This document shows positions 11,212 to 23,200 of a DNA stretch of 64,000 bases, piece by piece (position 1 is the first letter of the stretch; every line of letters begins with the position of its first letter). Under the pieces are notes generated by a model that was not told the origin of the DNA, did no database searches, and was given only the letters and a program-made list of their open reading frames with translations. Source of the DNA: Laetmonice hystrix. Its lineage: Eukaryota. The stretch spans positions 13,826,001 to 13,890,000 of the forward strand of contig OZ249445.1 of the NCBI GenBank assembly GCA_965235115.1, given 5' to 3'. The position numbers were made by a program, and so were the translations under genes.

Positions 11212-14200
11212 CTGAAAGTCACATTCAACACTTAGTAACAAAATGCTGAGAAATCTGTCTAATGAATAATTCTACCTGATCCCCCTACATCATGCACCTT
11301 TCTATCTATAGTTCATCTAATATTCTCCGGGAGAGGGGGGACTATAGCTTTTCATGTATTAACTTGAACTGGTGACTGGTGAACTGGAAAGGGTTAAAAT
11401 GATCTTTTCTGGTATATTACCTTTTTCTTGATTAACGTGTCTATTAAAGAAGCTATGCGGATTCCATTAAAAAGGAATACAGATTTCCAACGCTTTAGTC
11501 ATGCCATATATTACAATATGGACCAAAGTTTGTCCAACTGATTCCTACTCTGTAAAATCTGTTCAGTGGTTTTACACAGTTTTCATCTTATCCAACTATT
11601 TTTTCCTTTAATCCATGAAAGAGCTGTGAAACTAGAGGAAGTCTCCAATTCTCTGTGACCATGATGGTCATGACTTACAGGCATCAGGTTTGGGAAGAGA
11701 GGGACGCCCCCTGGGGGCCGGTAGTCGTCTCTGTCTCGACTCCGTTGATAATCAATGGCCGCGTATCCCGGGGAGGGCAGGTCTGCCGCCGAACCCATCT
11801 GTTGCATGGGAATGTCCTCAGGCTGGAAGATGTTCAATTATTTGTTATCATATATCCTCACACTCTCTTACAACACAAAGCTTCTTTCATTACTTTGAAT
11901 GCAATAATTTCTAGTCGGTGAATGAAGTGGATATAGGGATTGGGAAGCCAAACGTACCCGTAACCTATCATCTCGGTTGGGATGGCGGCCAGTGTCTGTG
12001 GTATGTGTTGGCTCGGAGTAAGACCCAGGAGGTACACTGTTACCGTAACGTTGGTTTGATCCTGGTGATGACGGCTCACTGTGGGTGGCTGACGATGGTG
12101 GATGTCCTCCACCTAGGTCCATACGTGGCCGGTTTAATGTGTTGTTTGCACTCGATGAGGGGCCACCTCTGGTGGACAGGAAACATAGCACATCATACCA
12201 ACACGTTCAATACCGAGTCAGTTCCTATACAAGCTATCTTTATCATCACCACATCCCCTCACCTATAGTATGGTTACCTATAGCAACCATTTAGATTCTC
12301 AATAATCAAAGAGAAACACTCGTATTCCGAGTACTTGCACTTCAAACGCTCAGATTACCCTTACGAAGAACAAATGATGACTGTTTCGTCATATTCTGGT
12401 TCATTACACCGGATGTGAGTAGACATAACATCGAAACAATAAAGCATCCCAGTTTACTGGTAATTTCTGTGTTTGTTGCTAGTTATGTTCCATTATGTTT
12501 CCTGCTGAACGACAGTAATTATAGTAACATTAATAATCAAAATGTACAAACTTCTCTAGAAACTTGCTACTGCACATATATAAACACACATTCGTTTACA
12601 CCTTTTTTTCTTGTCTAATAACATGATTAAGCTAGTTCTATTCTAGTAAAAACATCTATACAAAATTACATAGATAATCATACACTTTGTAACAAACATG
12701 CCTAAATCTTCACTGCCACCATGGTCAGGTGTTCACTTATCATTCATGTATTACTATAACTAAGTAATCTCAGATGTTTCAGCTTTATCGAATAGAATTA
12801 AAAGACTGGTCCAGCAGGTTGGTGCTTTACGAGCCTTGGACTGGTCAGAGGTAACCTGAGCTATGTTAGTTTCTCCTCGGTTCAAACCAATTGCCGTAAA
12901 GCCGTAGATTAGATCAGTGAAGTGGCACAAATCTTTATTTATTTATTCACTTATTGACAGACAGGTGCACAAATGTATAAACCACAACAGCACCAAAGTG
13001 TTTATTTCTGTAAGAGGAAAAGTGCGGCTTGAACACGGACAATACTAGTTTTCAATATTTTGATTAGTTTTAAAGCATATATTGTGTGCGTTTTGTAAAT
13101 TACGAAACCACTGGAAGCTGGAATGTCATTCTGGATTGTTCTCACATAGATTTTCTCTACTAATTTCCTTAACTAACCCTGCTGCCTTGTTGCGAGGTTC
13201 ATGCATGGTTAGATACAGACGTGTTGCCCTGAGGCCACAGCGGACTTCATGCAGACCACACTCTCAACACTGATTGCTGTTTGACTATGTCAATGTGCTA
13301 ATGTACATTGCACAAGGGACCTTTCGCTATCTACCCAAGTAATTCAACAACTAGTCGTGGAAATCACAAAATAATAACAAGGTTTGCAGACACTGTACAT
13401 CAATCCTTGAACCCCATTTAATTTAATTTAATTTAATCTGATAATTATTTAGTTCTTCCTTTCTGTATCCACTTTGGAAGTTCTGGAAATTCTCTTATAT
13501 GGAAGGTAAGGAGAGGATTCCCCCATGCAGGTCACGAAAAGTATTATTTTTAAACGTTTTATCAAAACGTTATGAATACCTAAATTAACGAGTACATTTG
13601 CCTGATTTCAAAGAGTTCATGTATACATTTGCAATATAGGCCATGCAATCATTGTGATTATTATACAAGTGCTTCGTTTGAAATATAACAGTGGAAAGCA
13701 AATGGTAAATCCATTGCAAAAAGCTGCCAGCAGTGAAAGTGTTAATGGTGACAATTTAAACTTAAAATGGCACTGTTGGGATACTTAGGACCTCTCAATA
13801 CTTGATTCAAATTAACTGAAATTAAGAAATCTCTAGAGACGTTCGTCTCTACCAACATTGTCCTATGCTATGAGCTAATTATAGCTAAAGACCGACAAAA
13901 CTAACATCATTATGCGAATGATCCGACAGTCTTAACTACTGGGTATATGTACAGGTCAAAGGTCAAAAGTGCATGGAGTGAGAACGCCAATACTAGCGCC
14001 ACCACCAGGGAAGGAGAAACATTACCGTCACAACAAGTTTCCTACCTCTTACTTTTGAGGTTGACACACCAGGGAATTGGTAGGAACAAAATTTCAAGTA
14101 GACAGAGAAAGACAAATGGAGAAGTGTCAGACATGCAGAATATAATGACAAAGAATCCTAACATTTGGAGTCACTGATCAAATTATCAAAAAAGAAAAGA

Positions 14201-17200
14201 AAAAAGTACCAGTAAACGTAACACTTATGTACAATCTGAGGGAAAATGGACCTGATTTAAGTAATATTTTCAGGTATCAAATATTTTTTTAAAGTTAGCT
14301 GCGTTTATCAACATATAGCAAGCTATCAATGCTTGTACAGAAATGTTTGTTTTACTACAAGTCCATTTATCACCGATGTAATCAGAAAAAACCTGCCACC
14401 ATGAACAGAACTCTACGAAAAAATAGTGAAAACAAAGAAAAAAAAATCTCATTTTGCTCTAAAAACATAAAGGAAACAAAGATGAGCAAATAATGAGCCG
14501 GGACATGCATCATCACCTAGGTTTCGTTTTGCTTTGGTTTCTGCAGAAACCTGATGGTAGATCAAATCGTTCAAGGGCTTAGTCTAGTGGCCTAACCAAA
14601 GATTGCCTTTCATATACTGGGGGTCAAACAAAGAGGGATCTCACTCTATGTAAAATCAAAGTGGACATACCTGGCTGCCATTGTCCCTGTGACAAAGTGT
14701 TGTTGTCGCCAGCCTTTGTTACGGTATTCCTGGTGGAGCTCTCGGAACTGCCACATTGTGTAGAGTATCTGTGAATGGTTGGGTACATGCAATTACTGGC
14801 ACATCAGTGATCAACTGTCTGACCAAATATATCAAATGGAATGGTTTTACAGTCTGCAAATATTGGCATTGAATGATTTAAAAAAATCATATTCAAACAG
14901 GTACTCACCGATGCTGCAAATTTCACGACTTTAGGCGAGTATTTGCCTCTAGATTGTGTTATGTGTACTAGTCGATCAACTCCTCCTTCATTGAGTAGTG
15001 ATCTGTAATGATTCAAACATCACAAAACTTATGATTTAAACTTCTGTGATAGGGTAAAAGACATTACACAAGACATTACAAAGTTCACGACATAACTGTA
15101 GTAACATGATAATTACACATGTGAATTATGACGTTATAAAAAAGAACAGATATAGCAATGGGATACGTGACTGGAATTTCTGTCGACTAATCCTTGAACT
15201 TACTGTGCAAAATCAGCATTTTTCTTGATGACCTCATAAAGTGTCGCTTGTACAGCTGTGATCGTGTCGTCGGAGACAGGAAAATCTGGGACGCGATTCT
15301 CTGATGGTAACTTCATCACCAATTGCCGCATTGCATATTTTCCTAACAACAAAGGTTGAGATTAACATTTCTATGCTTAAAACAAGTTCTGTATTCTAAG
15401 ACTGGGCCAGAGTTGAACTTGTGCATGCAATGTAGTTGTTACAAGAGAAGGTACAGCTGTACATGTGAAAATAATTTGGTCATATTTCATATTTGAGTTA
15501 GATCTAACAGTAGTCATTTCTAGACTAGATCATCTAACAATGTATACCTATCAACTCCTTGTTTCTCTGGTCCAGAGCTAGGTTTCTCAGTGCCGTGGCA
15601 GCAGCACAGACCACTCGGTCTGCTTCTATTGTTAACAGTTCCACAATGATCGGTAACCCTCGATGTTTACGTACAGCCTCTCTGATCTCTGCTGATGGCT
15701 GTAACACAAGTAAACATGGATTATAACTATGCTCGCTTGTATTTCTTGGTTTCATTCATAACATAAACATAAACTTGGCATTCATGGCAGCTATAGGTTA
15801 TCTTTCTGAGATACGTCAGGTATACTCCAGGTATGAGATCGGATTATTCTTGTATTTCTCTCTTCAATTCATATTTTTTCATACTTATTTTATCATCATC
15901 ATAGACACCACTAGTTTCCAATTAGAATCCCAACTAGATAGTATTACACTCACCCCCCAGTCACAGGCAGCCAGGTTCTGGATGGCACCAGCCGCTGCCT
16001 CTAACGTCTCCGGGTTTGAGCAGTCAGAGAGTAGCTGTTGGTAGACGAATGCAACGTCTGGGTGCCAGAGTAGCTCCATCCCCCGTGGTGGGTCCGAGCG
16101 TGGCCTACTGGTGGCGAATTGACGACCACTGTTATTGTGCCCGGAGCAGCAGGTCAAGGTCGAACCAGGGTCGGGTCAAGGTCAGGGTGGGATGTTAGGG
16201 TGAGAGGTCAAGCGCATGCAGGAGACCAGGTGGCAACAAGGGAAGGGAGGAGAGAAACAACACAAACTTTCAAAGGTTGTGCAACACAGGGATAACAAGT
16301 TTAGTGCGACCTACACCAACTGTGATACCTCACATTTAAAACGTGTGACACCTGACAGACACAATGTCGAATCCAACAAAATACACGCTCAAACGGCTCT
16401 GATGGTCGGATTTTCATAGGGGACAAGTTTACAAATTGATATGAATTGGAGGGAAGAAATGTCGTGTTCTAAGATGTGTAGTTGGTATATATTAATAAGC
16501 ATCCGAGGAACACACTCAACGTTTACACAATCATGCAACTGAAGCTGAGAAAACTTAACACTAATTCATATTTAATACTCATAAGTGACAACAACGGGAG
16601 AGAAAAAAACATGTCCATCCCCCAAGTCATGATTGTATGATACTTTACTAATTACTCCACATCTGATGAACATTTTGTTGTTATCTACCTGAGGTAGGCA
16701 GGGAGAGAATGTTGGACAAGTGTGTCTGTGTCTTACCTCTGGTACCCACTGTCTGACCGGTTACGTTGGTCAATCTTCTGTGGATCCTTCTTCTTTTTGT
16801 TTCCTCCAAAGCAGCCTGTGCTTTCTGTAATAAAGAGATTAATAAACAATCTATAATATGACAAAAGGGTAGTACAGAAGGCTTGCATATACACATGTAA
16901 ACCAGAGACAGTATTAGCTTGAAGGAGAAATTTGGATTATATTTGGATCCTGAAAAAAAAAGAGTGACCTGAAAGTTGGAGAAGATAAAACTGACCTGCT
17001 TTTGTAGGTTGTTGTTTAGGCTGTGTTCGCCGTTTTAAGTAGGTCGGATCTTCCACCTCTTGACAAGCATAGCTCAGGTTGCGCAGTATGCACACACAAT
17101 TCTCCACTGACTTGTTGTCAATGTCGTTTTTACCGATTGCTCCCTTGACAATGTATAAAATGGCGTCCACCAATCCCTCACACTCTCGCAATTTTTTCCG

Positions 17201-20200
17201 GGCATACTCCCCATCCGAACTGATGTTCCTGTACAGGGCAAGTAAATCAACATTCTGAGTTATTAACCATAAAAAAACATTTAACAAACATTACACCATG
17301 CAACTTGTGGGACAATGCATGTTACAATAAATAAGTCCTTTAATCAGTACAAATACATACTCTCCATGCCTCAAACTCAACAATTACAGTAAAAACTGAT
17401 ACATGCAGGAGCAGGTTCTATCATTGCAAATAAATAACTACACATAGTTGAGCAGCACTTGATATTGATTTATCAAAGTCCTCCTGTGTTTGCGGATCAT
17501 TTCCTGATGTTGTTACCCGCCACTAACCTGAGTATTCCGCTGGCGTTCCTAAACACCGTGGACCAGTAGATATCGTGGGGCTGTTTGAGCGCCTCCTCGT
17601 CCAGATTACGGTCCCAGCCCGAGTGTGGGATGATGACATTGTTAACTATCACTGTCAGACCGTCATCAATAATTGGTTTCTTCAAGTCCTGCAAGCCACC
17701 ACCACAACCCCAGTCAGCTGGCTCAATCAACATCATTAAACATGGCTAAACATGATATAACCCAACCCACACTACCTAGCTACTATAATAACTTATACTC
17801 AAGGCCAGTTATTCAAACTTCCTTCATTCATTTTAGTCATCAGAAACCAAATACCAATTTATTTCTTAAAAAGTTACAAAAATAATTATCGGGTAACATC
17901 AAATAAAAGAAAAGGGAAATTTTTTCCACATTTTTAAACTCAAGATTAACTCCATAGAAATCTTGGGTTTATAAAAAAAAAGACACATTTCAACTCAAGA
18001 TCAACACCATGAGAATGCCGACAGTAACATACCTGGCAGGAAGACAGATTCCATAAGATCCCTGTTACCAATTCCCTGACATCATTATCAGGTGACTTCC
18101 GCAGTAACCGTACAAGTGCAGGTATGCCTCCAGCATTTTTTATCGCCCTTTTATTCTCATCGTTAGCACGTCCATAGGAGAGGTTTCGCAGAGCACCACA
18201 TGCCGACCGATGAACCTCCGGAATCTCATTATTGACAAGATCTACCAGAGCTGGAATACCACCCAGCCCTCTGAAATGACAACAAAAACGTGTCAGTCAC
18301 ACATGGCTGCATTCTAGCTATCTCATGTTTTACTTTTGTTTGTAGGTTTTCTTTGACTTCAACAGCTTCTAAACACATACTAAAAGCTAAAGAAAACAAT
18401 CAGTTAGTTAATTTAAAGTTCACATTGATATAAGACATGTTTCAGGGGAATTTCATAGCACAAGACTAAAAGTTAACGGAATAAGAGTAACTTTATTTGA
18501 CTAAGTAAACTGGTTGTTGTCTAAGAACACAGACATGAATAACAAGTTGCCTACCTTGTCTTGGCTTTCACGCCATCGTCCATGTAACATAGATGCTGGA
18601 GGTAGGCTGCTGCATTGGCTTTGATGGCATTACTTGAGTGACTCAAAAAGTCTATTACTTCAGGAAGGTCTGGGTTTCGCCATCTGTGATCTGATATAAT
18701 ATCACCAAATGTCTTTGAATTCCAAAACACCAACATTATACAGCAGATCATCACCATGTGTACATATAATCTATTATGTATTTTGTTAGTTTTGTTTCCT
18801 TGTCCCTACTTTTCTTTAAATTTATTGTGTGTATATTTATGAGACCTTTTCTTTCAATAAAAAGGTTTGGCAATAATTGAGGTACATGTACCTGAATTAC
18901 ATTATGTCGAGTAACGCATTATCTGGATGTTGCATTGATTTATCTTATTTAGAAGAAATCTCTTAGTGTGTGGTTTGTCTCTTAACGAAATAGGTGAATA
19001 TAGCTCTTGTAACTCAAAACCTCAGCTTAATACTGACAATGACATAAGATAAAAATAATAAATGTCGACGAAGGATGATAGAACTCTGGTAGATAAACAT
19101 GCGTTTTTAAATTTCCGTGGTCACGGGAACAGTCATGTTATACGAGAATGCTTACTTTATAACCAGAGTATTGAAAGATTTCCGTGGTCACACAGTCATG
19201 TTATACTAGAATGCTAACTTTATAACCAGAGTATTGAAAGATGCTGGGATGGATAACAAGCCATGCAGAGTTTTAGGACCGGCATGCTCACGGTCCAACC
19301 GAGTCTGACAAAGTCTCTGTTGTTTATATAGGTGGAGAATATTTTGACCGTATACAATTTGTGCACTTTAGTTTTTCAATGTACACAGGATAAGTCATAT
19401 CCACCCAAAATGATTGGTATAATTTGAAGTTGTAAATTCACTTTAATAGTTATCAATTAAAACTCAAAAATTTGTAAAAGGCAAAGTAGAATCTATGTGA
19501 ATTATATCTGATGATTACAAAATGAACTAATTTATGATAGCAATTTATGCATTTCTAGAACTGCTTTGTTTAGCTTGAAAATATTTTGTGAGACATTTTT
19601 AGTCAAGGCAGAGCCATGCAAAAAGGAAGAGTTACATCATAATTGGTAAGCTGCATTCAAAGAATTAACCTCCATATATAGATGTATTTCAATACTAAAA
19701 CTGCAGCAATAATGCCAAAACTGAACATACATCTTAGTCATTATAAACTTGGACTTGCCACCAAACTTAATCATACCACAATCATACAGAATCAAAGGAA
19801 AGAAATTATATGCCAGGGAGGTTTACATTACATTACAGATGATACACTACAACATATATCAAACTAGATAAAAAATGAAATTTTCTAAAACCATCTACAA
19901 TAACAAAAAAACAAAATTTCGCTGTATACTTGATATTACATCTAGCTAGCTACTGAAGTCCTAAACAATACTGAAGTTCATCTGATCAGGTGACATCCAT
20001 GTGTACTGGGGCCCTTCTGAGGTGTATTACTTTTACCGAGAATTTTCAACGGTCTGTGCTCTCTTGAAAAGATGGGTCTAAAGCCCTAAGTTGTAGATTT
20101 TGGTAAATGAACAGTATTCAGAAAACAGAGCATAAACAAAGTAAAGAAGCCTCTGGGTAAGGAAGGGGTGTATGTCAAACACAACTATCGGGGTATGAAG

Positions 20201-23200
20201 TGGAGTAAATGAAACTCTTCCCATCCAGCAGTTGACTGGGGCTCATTGACTTCATTAAGCTGGAAAAAACACTGCCTACATCTTTCATCTAAACTGCCCT
20301 TCAACGAGTTCACAATCTGTCTCCTGCAAGAATAGGTAACACTTTGGCTCTCTCCCTTTGATTTCTCATGATTGGGTTGAATTGTTTTTTTTTGTTTTTT
20401 GTTTAAGTCGTATCATACCTCGAGTTTCACTATCAATCGAAGGAGACCGTCTGTTTGGGTCATAGCCAAGAGGAGGTGCATCTACTCCCCCTGGATCCCC
20501 ACGGAGACCTTCCTCCTCAAAGTCACCTCTGTGATTGTACGGAAGGCCATCATCATCATACATTGCCCGAGGCTGCCCGTCCTCCTCACCGTCATACATG
20601 TTACGGGGCCCCTGGCCATCATAAGGGTAATGTTGGAGGGCTGCATTCATGGATGGGTCAGGCTGTTCTTCATCAAAGTCTCGGTTGAATGCAGGTTTGC
20701 TCTCCTCATACATGTCCCTCGGCCCTGTGTTTTCATACAGACTATGGGGCCCCATCTCATCGTCATCATACATATTGTGGGGCCCGTCTTGGCCATAGGG
20801 CATGTGGGAGCGAGACCCATAAGGGGGTTCGTTATCAGGGTAACCCAGACCGCCTGGAACAAGTAAATCATACATGACACAATGACCTCTTGTCCCTGGT
20901 ACCACTCGTTTCCACCAGGGGGCCTTGCCCACTCAACATAGCACTCCCTCTGGAGGTACGTGAAGCAGTTAGCACAAGCAGTCTTGGAGAGGTTAGTAAT
21001 GAGCCAATCAGCCAACCGAACACCTAGATCTGGAGCCACAGCAGAGTACGAAGATGAACCATCAGATTGATCATTACCACAAACTGGAAATAATTACCTT
21101 GATATCCAAACCCTTCCCTTGGGAATGGGAACCGTGGCAGCTCTGGACGGAAAGGTTATGATGTTAAATTTACACTACACTTTCAGGTGAGTTTAGTGCA
21201 CAAGTGATAGAAATTAAATGACACATAGGGAAATAGGAAACTAAACAGTGTCTTGAGAAAATTAAATGACACATAGGAGAAAAACCTAAATTTTGACATG
21301 CTTGAAAGTAAGGGAAATCTACTAAAAAAGGTTACAGAAAAATGGCAACATAAAAAGTCTGTATAAAATAGCAAAAGGCCATCTTCTGCTGAATTATTCC
21401 CCCTTTTTGCCCTTAACAAGAAAGGGTTCCTGTCAGTGATGCAGAATTCTGGGTCATAAAGACAAGATTTTCCCGCTGAGAAGCAACAAGTGTTTGTTCA
21501 GATTTCCAGGGGTACTGGTAATTCCTGTAAAGTCACTACTGTAATTGCTACACTGGTAATTATGGTAAAGAAAGTCCTATGTCTATGTGACTGGGTTAGT
21601 CTGAAACTATAAAAAGCAGGTCAAATAAATAGAAAACATTCCAGAGTTTAAAAACAATTATAATGAACATTATTTCCAATCAAACTGTGTAACATGCAGT
21701 TCAAAAGTCAACACAGAAATCAGAATGAAAATAGACATAACAATGGTTCAGGTCAAATAAGTTACTAAATGCCAATATTACAAAAACAAATATATGGAAA
21801 TGTGACACAGTGCTTTTAAAAAGCACTTTTTCAAAGGCATACAACTGTAGCATATAGAAAAAGAATAAACTGCATAAAAGTGGATAACAAAAACTTGTTT
21901 TTTTCCTGTTCTGGCATGTTTGGAACCTGGCACCAAGGCCCGAAGTATCCCTCATAACAAGATATCTGGATCCGTGACCTATGTGGCCATCCCTATACAT
22001 GGTGTATTCCGACCAGTTAGAAATATGAGAAGCTGATAAAGCCAAACATTGATATCGATAAAGCCAAACACTGTTCTGGAAGCACATTTCAGGATCTACA
22101 GTGTTGACTAATAAGAATTTGACTTTGGAAAAAAAACCACATACTTTACGGAAATATGGGGTGTAAAAAACTGGGGTGTATAATCTATGAATAGGGTGAT
22201 TTTGCTATAACGTACTATGTCAGCCAATGGTAACTTACCCATTCTGTCGCTACCACCAGCTGGCGATGGGGTTCTTTGAGTTCTGGCGTCATCCAGCAGA
22301 GGTCGCCCATACCGGTCTCCTTCCAATGGCCTCGCATCCTGGTATGGATCATCGTCCCGTGGAGGTATATTAAATCTTTGATCCATGGGATCCTGATAAG
22401 CATCACCTCTCTCACTTGGTGGCCGATTGGGATCAAAACGATCATCGTCCATTGCAGGAATGTCCCTGTATGGATCAGCTCCATCTATTGGCGGTGTATT
22501 CCGGTATCGGTCACGTTCAGCAGGAGTGAGATTGTTATAGCTACCGTTTGGAAGCCTACGGTGTGTGTCATCAATGGGCGGGGTGGATCGGTATCGGTCC
22601 ATGCTTGACAGGTCGTCGTACGGTCTCCCGTATTGGGAACCGCCGTATGTTTGGGGTCCACTGTCGTTTAACCTATCGCCTCCAGCCCCTGGGTAGCGCT
22701 CGTAGTCCCTGACATAAAAAACAATCCAGTCAGTAATATTCATAGCTGTACATATCACACTTTTCCCTTTGTAGATACTATTCAATTATTCCCATCACCC
22801 AGATATACTCTTCATCATCACTAAGGTCCCTGTCTATTCTACAATCAGGATGAATACTCACATCCAGAAAAAGGGACCAACTAGAGTTACTATAAATGAA
22901 CGACCATAATTTCACATGCGTGAATACGTTATCCGATTGTTAAATTTCCTACAAAAATTTCATAGAATAAAATCAAAAATAATATAGAACTGATGCTACA
23001 GACAGGGATTTTTTTCTCTTCATAAAGCAGCTACAGTATCTTAAAGTACTGTTACAAATATACATGTCATAATAGTATATCAATAAATGGAGGTCAGTAA
23101 ACTACGAGGGTATTCTGATATCATAAAATGTAAGTGAAACTTATTAGTCAGGTTGACGGTTATGCTGGTAGATGTCGCTAGCTAGGTACATCATAAAGTT

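Noticed and set aside
11958-11965. Alternative exon 19 donor AG|gttacg at 11965
   Set aside because: It is phase 2 and cannot join the phase-0 acceptor of exon 20; CGG|gtacgt at 11958 fits.
20647-21085. 130-aa ORF overlapping exon 8, and a possible extra exon near 21023-21084
   Set aside because: The ORF is a shifted frame of exon 8 plus intron with no recognisable homology, and the candidate donor (G|gtgttc) is weak.
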